Part shown: one piece after another, positions 33,658-43,297 of the stretch | How positions within the stretch are numbered: position 1 is the stretch's first letter | Layout: each line of letters begins with the position of its first letter | Source of the DNA: an uncultured Aliarcobacter sp. | GTDB lineage: Bacteria; Campylobacterota; Campylobacteria; Campylobacterales; Arcobacteraceae | Direction: 5' to 3' | NCBI GenBank assembly: GCA_963664305.2 | Contig: CAXXLV010000001.1 | Span: 256,001 to 320,000, forward strand | Length of the DNA: 64,000 bases | Program-made: the position numbers and the translations under genes | Notes under the pieces: model-generated | Told to the model about the DNA's origin: nothing | The model's database searches: none | The model's input: only the letters and a program-made list of their open reading frames with translations

Positions 33658-34301
33658 GCAAAAACCTTCAAAATAAATGTTATTAAAACTGTAATTATTA
33701 GATAAAAATCAAATTTATTTAGATTAAAACTATCACTTAAATAAATCTCTCCATTAAAACCTCTTAATTCAAAACTATCTTTTAAATTTTGTGCTTTTTG
33801 GATTGATTTTACAAATAATAAACCTAAAATATTACCATAGGTTTGATAGATTAAAAGATTTGTTTTACTATGAAAACTTCTTGTTACTAGTGTAGTTTTT
33901 ATATTTTTAAAATCATCTTGCAACTCAACTATCATTTTCCAAGTAAAATAAAACGTTGAAACAAATCTACTTGAGAATTTTAATAGATAAAATCCTCTTA
34001 CAATATCCAAACCTTTTGAATTAAAAAAAAGCAACAGATTAAAAAATATAATCATATTAGTTCTTACATAGATATTTAAAGCTTCAACTAAACTATTTTG
34101 AATCCAAACAAATACAAATATTGCAAATATAAAAAGGTTTAGAAATAGTAGTTTTTTTAATACTTTAAGAAGATTATCAAAATTCACAATAATCAAAAAA
34201 ATTAAAGGAATTAAAAAATAAAACTCAAAAGTAGAAAAACTCAAAATCAAACTATAAACAAATGCACAAATAAGTGAAATTGCAGGATTAAAACTTATCA
34301 A
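33654..34301 (-). CDS. ECF transmembrane T component (CbiQ/NikQ)
   Basis: Hydrophobic protein with LRGFNG motif; operon context. Confidence 0.8.
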   Translation of the reverse strand: MISFNPAISLICAFVYSLILSFSTFEFYFLIPLIFLIIVNFDNLLKVLKKLLFLNLFIFAIFVFVWIQNSLVEALNIYVRTNMIIFFNLLLFFNSKGLDIVRGFYLLKFSSRFVSTFYFTWKMIVELQDDFKNIKTTLVTRSFHSKTNLLIYQTYGNILGLLFVKSIQKAQNLKDSFELRGFNGEIYLSDSFNLNKFDFYLIITVLITFILKVFA

Positions 34302-34786
34302 TTTTTCACTCTTTTTAGAACCATAAAAATCAAAGCAATGATAATTAATCCAAATATAACTTTAAATATTTCAAAATAATCAAGCTGTTCTTCTAAAACT
34401 TTTATTTTATTCTCTAAATCTCTATTTTTTTCTTTAAGTTTTTTTAGTTCTTCACTTTCACTACTTTTATCTTCAGTAATTTCATTTTTTGCTACTATAG
34501 TTTCTTTTATCTCTTTTGTAACTATATGACCTGCGCCTGCATCAACCAATACAATTAACTCTTTTTGATTTGTTTTAAAATTATATTCACCATTTGAATC
34601 TAAACTATCACTTAATAAAATATTGTTTTTTTTATCTTTTATTTCAACTTTACAATTCATACATGGTTTTGCATTTGCAAAATATGAACTTATAAAAAGA
34701 TTTTCATTTTCAAAATCCGTAAAAAGATTTATTTTGTGTGCAAATAAAAATATTGGTAAAATTAAAAAAATCAAATATCTCAACAT
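34298..34786 (-). CDS. NikL/CbiL-like accessory component
   Basis: Signal peptide then AHKINLF, DAGAGH, C-terminal TM; between cbiM and cbiQ. Confidence 0.65.
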   Translation of the reverse strand: MLRYLIFLILPIFLFAHKINLFTDFENENLFISSYFANAKPCMNCKVEIKDKKNNILLSDSLDSNGEYNFKTNQKELIVLVDAGAGHIVTKEIKETIVAKNEITEDKSSESEELKKLKEKNRDLENKIKVLEEQLDYFEIFKVIFGLIIIALIFMVLKRVKN

Positions 34787-35385
34787 AAACTAGTATCCTT
34801 TAAAAGAGTAGGCATTACTTTTTTTATATAAAGTAATAAGAAAAGAGTTATTATACCTTCTAAAATCATTGTTGGAATATTTACAGCGATTACAGAATAT
34901 CCAACTGCTAAATATTCTTCTTTTGATAAAACTAAAATTATAAATAAAAAAACTGATGAAATAAAAACACCAATAAATCCAACTAAAAAAAATCTAATTT
35001 TTTCATTTATCTTTTTCATAATATTTAATTTAAAGATTAAATATACCATATATGCTGGCATTGCCATAATTATTATATTTGCACCAAGTGAAGTTAGCCC
35101 ACCAAAACCTAAAAGTAAAGCTTGTAATATTAAAGCAATTGATATAGATAAAAAAGCTAAATTTCCTAAAAAAATTCCTATAAATCCAAGTAACATCAAA
35201 TGAATTTGTGTAGGACCAAAAGGTATATGAATAAATGAAGTTACAAAAAATAGAGCACTCAAAGCTGCTACTAAAGCTATTTTTTCATTTGATAATTTTT
35301 TTAATGCATAAGCACAAAATAAAGTAGCTACAACACCTGTTGTTATAGCTACTTCAACACTAATTATTCCATCTGAAATATGCAT
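34780..35385 (-). CDS. cbiM: ECF Ni/Co substrate-binding S component (CbiM/NikM)
   Basis: Diagnostic MHISDG N-terminus, GGLTSLGAN. Confidence 0.9.
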   Translation of the reverse strand: MHISDGIISVEVAITTGVVATLFCAYALKKLSNEKIALVAALSALFFVTSFIHIPFGPTQIHLMLLGFIGIFLGNLAFLSISIALILQALLLGFGGLTSLGANIIIMAMPAYMVYLIFKLNIMKKINEKIRFFLVGFIGVFISSVFLFIILVLSKEEYLAVGYSVIAVNIPTMILEGIITLFLLLYIKKVMPTLLKDTSLC

Positions 35386-35393
35386 AAATTATC

Positions 35394-36116
35394 CTAATAA
35401 GCTTTTATCCAAAGTAAAGCACCATTTTCAATAGGATATTTTTTACCTTCAAACTCTTTTTCACCCTCTTCTATTAAAGCTGCAAATCCCCACCAACCTT
35501 TGTGATTCATTACAAAAGAAAAAACTCCATTGTCATCAGTTTTTACTACTTGTGTAATATGTGCATCTGTTGGAGCTTTTAAACCAAATTCATTATAAAG
35601 TTCAACTTCAACTTCTACATTTGAAGCAGGTTTTCCATTATGTAAAACTTTCCCTTGAAAAATATTTCCAGAATATAAACCAAAAGGTTTTACCATTGGT
35701 ATAATCTCATATTTTAATCCAAGAGGCGTATCCCAACCATCTTCTATTCCAAAAGCACTTACAATTAATTTTGGTACATGAGAAATAAATTTTTCTTCAG
35801 CTGGTTCAAAATATGGTTGTGGCTCTGTAAAAAATTTATAAATACCAGGTTTTTTGATTTGATAATTTGTACTCCAAGCTTTATGCTCTAATTTTTTTGT
35901 TTCAACTAAAGGTAAAACATTTTCTTTTGATTCTAAAAATATACCAATTGGTTTTTCCATTGTCATTCCAGTTTGTTCAAATGGATGAATAAACATAACA
36001 TCAATTTTTAAATTTGAATCTTTTTTTTCATTAATATAATCACTGCTAGGAATTGATGTTAAAAAATGTGCATTTGCAAATATTCCCATAATTAAAATCA
36101 TAAAACTTTTTTTCAT
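35394..36116 (-). CDS. DUF4198 (NikK-like) periplasmic protein
   Basis: Signal peptide + AHF, F.HPFE, P.PYFEPAE, TQVVKTD.NGVF, GWWGFAAL. Confidence 0.8.
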   Translation of the reverse strand: MKKSFMILIMGIFANAHFLTSIPSSDYINEKKDSNLKIDVMFIHPFEQTGMTMEKPIGIFLESKENVLPLVETKKLEHKAWSTNYQIKKPGIYKFFTEPQPYFEPAEEKFISHVPKLIVSAFGIEDGWDTPLGLKYEIIPMVKPFGLYSGNIFQGKVLHNGKPASNVEVEVELYNEFGLKAPTDAHITQVVKTDDNGVFSFVMNHKGWWGFAALIEEGEKEFEGKKYPIENGALLWIKAY

Positions 36117-36210
36117 TAAATTTCCTTGTCTAAAATTCTAGTAGGATTATATTTATATGCTAGTTACATAAAAATAAATTACTATAATTCTTATATACTT
36201 TTAGAACAAA

Positions 36211-36327
36211 ATATATTTATATATAGAACTATATATTATTTTTATATAAGTTATATATTTTATATAAATAAATATTTTGTTATAATTTCAATCTATAAAA
36301 TATAATATTATATATTTATATATAGAA
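36211..36327. repeat. 18-bp direct repeat ATATATTTATATATAGAA (36211-36228 and 36310-36327) in a TATATA-rich tract upstream of parA
   Basis: Two exact copies read from the sequence, with degenerate TATATA boxes between them. Confidence 0.6.
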
Positions 36328-36343
36328 ATAATTAAGGAAATGC

Positions 36344-36940
36344 ATGTCTTACGTTGTTTATAGTATTAAAGGTGGTGTTGGAAAAACAACATTATCTGTT
36401 CAAATCTCTCAAATGTTAGAATTTACATATGTAACAAATGACTCCCACTCATCAGCTCACAACCTAATGCCTGAAGAAAAAGGGTTTTTAGTTTCAAGTG
36501 AAGAGTATGAAGAAATCCCATTTGATGAAAATGTAGTTTATGATTTTGGTGGATTTAAAGATAAAAGAATAAATGAAGTAATAAAACAAGTTAATAAAGT
36601 AATCATTCCTACATTAACATCAATTGTTGATGTACAAGCAACACTTGCAACACTAAAAGATGTTATGGAAATAAATAAAAATATCATTATTGTAGTTAAT
36701 AGAACAAAAAACAATAACAAAGCCACTGAACTAAAAGAGTATTTAGAAGAAGAACTAAAAAAACTTTATGGAAAAGTTGAAATTCCTATAATATTTGTAA
36801 GGGAATCATCTATTTTAGAAGACTCTTTATTTGATTGTGAATATGTAGAAAACAAAGCTGGAAATAATAGATTTAAAAGACATATTTATAGAAATGCAAT
36901 AGAAGATATGATTAATCTAAAAAACGTTTTAAAGGCTTAA
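36344..36940 (+). CDS. ParA/MinD-family ATPase (short, no N-terminal HTH)
   Basis: Deviant Walker A KGGVGKTT, VVYDFGG (Walker B region), VIIPT, VVNR. Confidence 0.85.
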   Translation: MSYVVYSIKGGVGKTTLSVQISQMLEFTYVTNDSHSSAHNLMPEEKGFLVSSEEYEEIPFDENVVYDFGGFKDKRINEVIKQVNKVIIPTLTSIVDVQATLATLKDVMEINKNIIIVVNRTKNNNKATELKEYLEEELKKLYGKVEIPIIFVRESSILEDSLFDCEYVENKAGNNRFKRHIYRNAIEDMINLKNVLKA

Positions 36941-36941
36941 A

Positions 36942-37214
36942 ATGGGATATGCAGATAAATTAAAACTAAATTCATCTAAAATCAAAACTGATGAAAAAGT
37001 TTTAGAAGAAAAAATCTCAAAAAAGAAAATAGCAGGACGACCTAAAAAAGCTGTTGAGGAAGTAAGAAATACAGCTATTCCTGTTGCACTTAATCAAAAA
37101 GAAAAAGATTGGATTGAAGAACAAGCTTTAAAAATGTCAAAAGAAGTAGGAGTAAAAATCACTACTTCTGCTTGGATGAGAATGACTTTGTTAAAAGATA
37201 TGCCAGATAATTAA
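36942..37214 (+). CDS. Small ParA partner, possible ribbon-helix-helix DNA-binding protein
   Basis: Starts 1 nt after the parA stop; flexible basic N-terminus with GRPKK; C-terminal strand-helix-helix-like pattern. Confidence 0.55.
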   Translation: MGYADKLKLNSSKIKTDEKVLEEKISKKKIAGRPKKAVEEVRNTAIPVALNQKEKDWIEEQALKMSKEVGVKITTSAWMRMTLLKDMPDN

Positions 37215-37597
37215 ACTTCAATATAATTTGATAGTTCAATTAGGTTCATATCAGGGTCACGTAGATAAATGGATTCAATTTTTCCATTTGCACCTGTTCT
37301 ATTAACAATTCCTTTTTCTATTTTTATACCTATTGATTCTAAATATTTTTTTACTTCACTAAGTTTTGAATCAATAATAAAACATAAATCTGCACTCCCC
37401 TCTTTTACATTAAAAGCTTTAGGCTCAAATTCATTTCCTAATTTATGTAAATTTATTTTTTGATTTCCAAATTTTAAAGCAACTCTATTTTCACCAAAAA
37501 TCTCTTTTTTCATTCCAAGTTTTTCATAAAATTCAACAGTTTTATTTATATCTTTTACAGTCAAAACCAAATGGTCAATATTTGTTATTTTAAACAT
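37211..37597 (-). CDS. VOC/glyoxalase family protein
   Basis: IDHLVLTVKD, GSADLCFI, SIYLRDPDMNLIEL. Confidence 0.9.
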   Translation of the reverse strand: MFKITNIDHLVLTVKDINKTVEFYEKLGMKKEIFGENRVALKFGNQKINLHKLGNEFEPKAFNVKEGSADLCFIIDSKLSEVKKYLESIGIKIEKGIVNRTGANGKIESIYLRDPDMNLIELSNYIEV

Positions 37598-37607
37598 CTT
37601 ATTCCTT

Positions 37608-38744
37608 TTAAAAAATTCTTCTTCTTTTTACAATTAAAAGCATAATCATAAATAAAATAGCACAAAACATATATATAACAACATTCCATCCAAATTTTTC
37701 ATATATAATTGAAGGAATATAAGAACCCATTGCTCCACCTAAATAATAAAAAGTAAGATACATTCCTGATGTTAAAGATTTTTGTGAAGATTTCATAGAA
37801 TTAGCTAATCCTGTACTTACAGTATGAACAGTAAACATTCCTAAACAAAATAAAAATAACAACATAAACATTGTAATAATATTTGGAACAGTTAAAAATA
37901 TAGTTATAAATAAAAAGAATATCAAACCAACTAAAATAGTGTTTATTTCATTTCTAAAATATTTGATAATCTTTTTTGAATTTAAAGAGACTAAAATTCC
38001 CATTCCATATCCCAAATAAAGTAAAGATATTTGAAACTCTGAAGTCTCTGAAGAGATATCTTTTACCCTAAATGGTAATACATTTAAAACTCCTGCAAAA
38101 ACGAAAAATACACAAAACATCAATAAATATATAGTTGAAAATCTTTTATCTTTTAAAATTGATAATACATCACTTATTTTAGGTTTTACAATTGTAGCTT
38201 CACCCTCATAAGATAATTTATTTACAAAATAAATTGAGATTAAAATAGCAAGAGATAAAGAATAAAATACATATTGATAAGAAAAATTAGTTGCTATAAA
38301 TCCTGAAAAAATTCTTCCTACTAAACCACCAAAAACTGTAGCTGCAACATAAATCGACATATTAAATTTAACATTCTCTTTATCGATATTTGCCAAAATA
38401 CTCATAAGTGAAGTAAGAATTGCTGGAACAACTAAGGCTTCAATTGTTCTAAAAAATAAAAACCATTCATAATTAGTAGATAATCCTAAAAAGATATTCG
38501 TAACAAATAAAACTATTGAAGAGTTTATTAACATCTTTTTAGCATTTACTTTTTCTAATAAATATCCATAAATTATTGGTGAGATTGCTAAAAATAGCAT
38601 GATAATTGCCGTAAATTGCGAAGCTTTTGTAATAGAGACATTAAATTGACGAGCAAGAAGTGGTTGTAATGGTTGAGTTGCATACATCACAGATAAAACA
38701 ATGATAATACAATAAACAATAATAAATAAATCAAATTTTTTCAT
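37608..38744 (-). CDS. MFS transporter, YnfM-like
   Basis: MYATQPLQP, GGLVGR, YLTFYYLGG. Confidence 0.85.
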   Translation of the reverse strand: MKKFDLFIIVYCIIIVLSVMYATQPLQPLLARQFNVSITKASQFTAIIMLFLAISPIIYGYLLEKVNAKKMLINSSIVLFVTNIFLGLSTNYEWFLFFRTIEALVVPAILTSLMSILANIDKENVKFNMSIYVAATVFGGLVGRIFSGFIATNFSYQYVFYSLSLAILISIYFVNKLSYEGEATIVKPKISDVLSILKDKRFSTIYLLMFCVFFVFAGVLNVLPFRVKDISSETSEFQISLLYLGYGMGILVSLNSKKIIKYFRNEINTILVGLIFFLFITIFLTVPNIITMFMLLFLFCLGMFTVHTVSTGLANSMKSSQKSLTSGMYLTFYYLGGAMGSYIPSIIYEKFGWNVVIYMFCAILFMIMLLIVKRRRIF

Positions 38745-38754
38745 TTTTTCTCTT

Positions 38755-39582
38755 TTAAATTTTTATATTAATTAAATAATCACTAATTTCAGGGATATTA
38801 TCTTTTTTACAAATCAAACATGTAGAAAAATTTGTATTAGTTGAATCAACTTTTGTCATTTTCAATTTATTTTCATATCCATATTTTTTTATTAGATTAA
38901 GTGGAAGTATTGATTTTCCCATTCCTAATTCAACACAAGCTAAAATTGTTTCATAATTTTCAATAATCACTGTTTCAAAACTGTTATTTCCAGTACTTCT
39001 TAGAAAAGCAGCTAAATATTTATAATAAACACAAGAATTTATATATGTAAACACACAATTTTGACTATTATCATCAAGTGACTCAACAATATAAAGTTCT
39101 TCTTCATACTCTTTTAATATCAATATATCTTTATGTTCAGGCTTACCACAAACAAAAGCTATATCAATTTCATAATTAATAATTGCATCAATGATTGATA
39201 ATGAAGTATTTGTGTAGAGTTCAACTTTCATATTTGGAAAATCTTTTTTTAGATTTGAAATAAAAGGTACCAATCTAATTGGAGCATTTGCTTGGGTTGA
39301 AGATATTTTTATTATTTCTTTTTTATTTGAGTCATTCATTTTAAGAAGAGTTTTCTCAATCTTATGAATAATTTCTAGAGCATTTGGATAAAGTTTTTCA
39401 CCCTCATAAGTAAGTTTAACTCCTTTTGAGAGCCTATAAAACAGAGGATAACCTAAATTTTTTTCTAATTGTTTTATTCTTGATGTCACATTTGACTGAG
39501 CACAATCAAGTTCAATTGCAGCTTGAGAAAAACTATTATTTTTAACAACAGAAACAAAAACTTTTAATAAATTTGAATCCAT
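38755..39582 (-). CDS. LysR-family transcriptional regulator
   Basis: SFSQAAIEL..AQSNVTSRIKQLEKNLG..LF.R HTH. Confidence 0.93.
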   Translation of the reverse strand: MDSNLLKVFVSVVKNNSFSQAAIELDCAQSNVTSRIKQLEKNLGYPLFYRLSKGVKLTYEGEKLYPNALEIIHKIEKTLLKMNDSNKKEIIKISSTQANAPIRLVPFISNLKKDFPNMKVELYTNTSLSIIDAIINYEIDIAFVCGKPEHKDILILKEYEEELYIVESLDDNSQNCVFTYINSCVYYKYLAAFLRSTGNNSFETVIIENYETILACVELGMGKSILPLNLIKKYGYENKLKMTKVDSTNTNFSTCLICKKDNIPEISDYLINIKI

Positions 39583-39769
39583 GATATTTCCTATTATAAT
39601 TAATAGTTATTAGTTATCAATTTTTAATAACTATAAGTGATAATTTATAACAATAAAAATAACAAAATGGTTAAATGTTTTTTAATGAAGTATTGTTTTT
39701 TTGATATATTGATTTTTAGTAACAAGATATTAAATATATCAATAATATTATGTTCTATTTTAATAAAAT

Positions 39770-39799
39770 ACGATTTTTATGCGATTATTTTTTTATATT
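39770..39799 (+). promoter_or_regulatory. Direct-repeat box ACGAT-N6-GCGAT plus -10 (TATATT) upstream of pheA
   Basis: ACGAT 39770-74, GCGAT 39781-85, 8-nt spacer, TATATT 39794-99. Confidence 0.65.
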
Positions 39800-39834
39800 A
39801 TAGTTAATAACTAGAATGTAAAAAGGATTAATTT

Positions 39835-40845
39835 ATGAATAACAAAGAAATAAACAAAATTAAAGAAATTGAAGAAATCGATAAAACAATATTAAAACTT
39901 TTTACGAAAAGAAATAAAATAATAAAAAACTCTTCTGATTTAAATTTTTCATCTTATGATAAAAAACTCATAGAGAAAATTAGAGATGATAATTTTCTTA
40001 AATTATTAGAAATATCACCAAAACCTTTAGATGAAGAAAATGAAAAAATAGTTTATTTAGGGCCAGAAGGAAGTTATACTCAAGAAGCAGCTATTAATAA
40101 ATTTGGGATAGATAATAATTATTATTCTGTAAATTCTATAAAAAATATTTTTTATGAAGTAAGTGAAAATAGAGCTAAATATGGAATTGTTCCTATTGAA
40201 AATAGTTCAAATGGAATGGTTGGAGATACAATAAATTCATTTAATACTTATAATTTAAATATCATAGGTGAAACTGTTATTGATATTCATCATACACTTG
40301 TTAGCAATTGCAAAAAAATTGAAGATATTAAAATAATTTATTCAAAAGATATTGCTTTTGACCAATGTTCAATTTTTTTAGAGAACTATCATCTAAATGA
40401 AGTACAATATGAATATGTTGATTCAACAACAAAAGCAGCAAAATTAGCTTCTCAAACACCTAATAGCGCAGCAATATGTTCTAATCTTGCAGCAAAAACA
40501 AATAATATTCCTATTTTATTTAGTAATATTGAAGATAATAAAGATAACAAAACTAGATTTTTTGTCATAAGTAAACAAATTACAAAAAAAACAGAAAATG
40601 ATAAAACTTCTATAATAGTTCAATTACCAAATAAATACGGATGTTTAATTGACTTTTTAAATGATTTTAAAGAACATAAAATAAATCTAAATAAAATAAA
40701 ATCCCACATCGTAAAAGGTATTTCAACTTTTTTTATAGAATTTGATGGGCATAAAAATGATTCAAATATAAAAAAAGTTTTAAATAAACACAAAAAGAAC
40801 ATAAAAGTTTTAGGTTCTTATAAAAAAGAAATTGAAGATATTTAA
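39835..40845 (+). CDS. pheA: Prephenate dehydratase (PheA-like) with shortened/degenerate chorismate mutase N-terminus
   Basis: YLGPEGSYT, GIVPIENSSNG, NKTRFFVI (TRF motif), C-terminal ACT domain. Confidence 0.85.
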   Translation: MNNKEINKIKEIEEIDKTILKLFTKRNKIIKNSSDLNFSSYDKKLIEKIRDDNFLKLLEISPKPLDEENEKIVYLGPEGSYTQEAAINKFGIDNNYYSVNSIKNIFYEVSENRAKYGIVPIENSSNGMVGDTINSFNTYNLNIIGETVIDIHHTLVSNCKKIEDIKIIYSKDIAFDQCSIFLENYHLNEVQYEYVDSTTKAAKLASQTPNSAAICSNLAAKTNNIPILFSNIEDNKDNKTRFFVISKQITKKTENDKTSIIVQLPNKYGCLIDFLNDFKEHKINLNKIKSHIVKGISTFFIEFDGHKNDSNIKKVLNKHKKNIKVLGSYKKEIEDI

Positions 40846-40849
40846 GCCT

Positions 40850-40879
40850 GCGATAAATTTGCGATTGAATTTCTATAAT
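40850..40879 (+). promoter_or_regulatory. Direct-repeat box GCGAT-N6-GCGAT plus consensus -10 (TATAAT) upstream of the porin gene
   Basis: GCGAT 40850-54 and 40861-65, 8-nt spacer, TATAAT 40874-79. Confidence 0.75.
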
Positions 40880-40943
40880 CTTCTCCTTCATAGTTCTAAT
40901 TTTTTAGAATTATATTACTGTAAGGAATAAGGAGAGAATAAGT

Positions 40944-42137
40944 ATGAAAAGAATTACAAGATTAAGTACAGTTGCTATATTAAGTTTATCTTCTATGGTA
41001 ACTTTTGCAAATGCTAGTGAAAATTTAGCAGATGCATTTACAAATGGTAAAATTAAGGGTCAAATAAAATCTGTTTACTCTAATTCAAATTTCTTAGGAA
41101 ATGTTAAATCAGATGACATAACAACTATTGGTGGTAGTCTAGGTTTTATAACAGATGATTTTTATGGATTTAATGCTGGTGCTACATTCCAAACTTCTCA
41201 TGTGTTAAATCAAGATAATAATAACAATGTTTTTAGTTCTGATTTAGATGCTCAAGGTTCAGTTTTATCAGAAGCTTATGTTAGTTATAAATTAGCAAAT
41301 ACAAGTGCTAAAATGGGTAGACAGTTTATTTATACACCTCTTGTAAGCAGTGCTATAGATGGAAAAGCATCTGAAAGTTTAATAAAAGATTCTTTTGAAG
41401 CTTATGTACTTACAAATACAGATATTCCAGATACAACATTAATGGGAAGTTATATTGATAAATATCAAGCAAAAGCTACATCTGGAGATATTAGAAGCTT
41501 TGAACAATTTGAAGATGGGGCTTATACTTTTTATGCAAAAAACACATCAATAAAAGATTTAACATTACAAGCACAATATCTTAAAGTAAATGCAATTGCA
41601 ACTGATTCGGATATACAAAATTTATATTTCCAAGCTGATTATATGTTAGCTGGGCATACATTATCAGCTCAATATTTATCATCAACAGATGAATCAAAAG
41701 CTTCAAATTTAGAAGATGCAGAATTATTTGGACTTAAAGCAACTGGACCAGTAGGTTTAGGAAAATTAGGTTATGTAGTTGCATATAATTCAAGTACAAA
41801 AGATGGAGAAGTAAATTTAGGAAAAGGTAGTGGAACTACAGATACACCTTTTACAGCTATGCCAGTTAATGGTGGAGGTGTTCCTTCAAGAGCGGATACT
41901 GATACTATTGTAGGAGGATTAATTGTACCTGTATATGATGTTACTTTTGTAGGATATGCTGGTAAATCATTCTCAAAAACTCATGTTCTTGGTGATGTAA
42001 CAGCTACAGGAGCAATGGCAATTTATCCATTCTATAAAAACTTTTTATTAAAAGCTAATTATGAACATGTTGAAGTTGAGAAAGTAATTACTGAAAATAC
42101 TGATGTATCTAGAATTTATTTATCTTACTCATTTTAA
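40944..42137 (+). CDS. Outer-membrane porin (OprD/Campylobacterota MOMP-like)
   Basis: Signal peptide, LADAFTNGKIKG, LSEAYVSY...K.GRQ...TPL, C-terminal RIYLSYSF. Confidence 0.8.
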   Translation: MKRITRLSTVAILSLSSMVTFANASENLADAFTNGKIKGQIKSVYSNSNFLGNVKSDDITTIGGSLGFITDDFYGFNAGATFQTSHVLNQDNNNNVFSSDLDAQGSVLSEAYVSYKLANTSAKMGRQFIYTPLVSSAIDGKASESLIKDSFEAYVLTNTDIPDTTLMGSYIDKYQAKATSGDIRSFEQFEDGAYTFYAKNTSIKDLTLQAQYLKVNAIATDSDIQNLYFQADYMLAGHTLSAQYLSSTDESKASNLEDAELFGLKATGPVGLGKLGYVVAYNSSTKDGEVNLGKGSGTTDTPFTAMPVNGGGVPSRADTDTIVGGLIVPVYDVTFVGYAGKSFSKTHVLGDVTATGAMAIYPFYKNFLLKANYEHVEVEKVITENTDVSRIYLSYSF

Positions 42138-42153
42138 TGTAAGGATTTAATAA

Positions 42154-43200
42154 ATGATATCTATAAAACAACCAATACTTGGTATTTTATCTACTATTTT
42201 AATAGTTGCTTTTTCATTAATAATTAGTACAAGCTTTGAATTATCAACATTTGGTTCATGGATTACTTTAATTATTATGGTGATGGTACCAGTACAAATA
42301 ATAATGACTTTATTTATGGGAAATTCTGTTTGTCAATTTATAGATGTTTTATCTCAACCCAAAAAAGCTTTAATAAACTCAGTTATTATGATTAATTTTG
42401 GGGTAATTGTATTTGTAATTATTCAATTATTATTTGAAGGTTTAGGTTCAAAACCAACACCATTTTCTATAATGTATTGTATTAATACAGTTATCATAAC
42501 TTTTTGGTTGGTTGTAGTATTTGCTGGTTGGCCTATTAGATTAATCTCAGATAAAGTAATAGCAGGAATTGTTCTCTTAGTTAGTGCAATGGTAATTAGT
42601 TATATAACTTTTAAATTACTGTATGATTTTTCAGATTTTGAACCTGCTCCATTTTATAATGTAATGCTAGATCCAAAAGGTTTATTTGGAGCATGGGATA
42701 TATTATCATTTATGGTAACAACATTAGCAGTAATTTTAGCTTGGGTTATATTAGATTTTTTCCCAATCGGACCAAAACCTGAGAATCCAATATTAAGAAT
42801 TTTAACTGTTACTTTTCCAGTATTAATAGTTACTTATATTTTTTGGAAATTAGGTATAAATTATATTGGCGATCCAGTTAAATTTATGGTGGATGTTACT
42901 ATTTCTTTTATTTTTGGAGAGTTTATTGTTTTACTTATGATGGAAACAGCACCCGTTCAAGCAGTAAAACAACCAATAAAAGGAATAATTTTAATTATTC
43001 TTGCAATTATTCTTGCATTTATTTGTAATTTTATTTATACACATGTAATAACAAGTATATATCCTCAAATAAGTTCGGGCGCGCCGACTTATGATATAGA
43101 AATGTGGAAAGCATCAGCAATGTTAGCAATAACATTTCCAATATTTGTTCTATTTAGTCAGATATTCAACTTCTGGCCATTAAGAGATAGTTCAAAATAA
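42154..43200 (+). CDS. Uncharacterised polytopic inner-membrane protein (~10 TM)
   Basis: Alternating hydrophobic segments; co-oriented 16 nt after the porin with AAGGA RBS. Confidence 0.75.
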   Translation: MISIKQPILGILSTILIVAFSLIISTSFELSTFGSWITLIIMVMVPVQIIMTLFMGNSVCQFIDVLSQPKKALINSVIMINFGVIVFVIIQLLFEGLGSKPTPFSIMYCINTVIITFWLVVVFAGWPIRLISDKVIAGIVLLVSAMVISYITFKLLYDFSDFEPAPFYNVMLDPKGLFGAWDILSFMVTTLAVILAWVILDFFPIGPKPENPILRILTVTFPVLIVTYIFWKLGINYIGDPVKFMVDVTISFIFGEFIVLLMMETAPVQAVKQPIKGIILIILAIILAFICNFIYTHVITSIYPQISSGAPTYDIEMWKASAMLAITFPIFVLFSQIFNFWPLRDSSK

Positions 43201-43228
43201 ATTAGTGTATATCTAATTTTTTATTTGA

Positions 43229-43267
43229 TTGTACCCTTTTAGTTCTCCTTAAATAAAAAAGGTACAA
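43229..43267. terminator. Possible bidirectional hairpin between convergent operons
   Basis: TTGTACC(C)TTTT ... AAAAAAGGTACAA inverted repeat. Confidence 0.5.
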
Positions 43268-43297
43268 ACTTAATAAATATATAAAGAGTTATTTTCT

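Noticed and set aside
36138..36163. Imperfect inverted repeat CTAGTA-N14-TGCTAG upstream of the Ni/Co ECF operon as a possible NikR operator
   Set aside because: Spacing and half-sites do not match the NikR consensus I know well enough; short and in AT-rich DNA. No cobalamin riboswitch was seen either
40620..40760. PheA ACT domain has KSHI in place of the ESRP Phe-binding motif (possible feedback resistance)
   Set aside because: This variant may be normal for the lineage; cannot be judged without an alignment of orthologs
40881..40936. TTCTCCTT complementary to the porin Shine-Dalgarno (AAGGAGA), a possible translational switch
   Set aside because: If the TATAAT at 40874-79 is used, most of the anti-SD lies upstream of the transcription start
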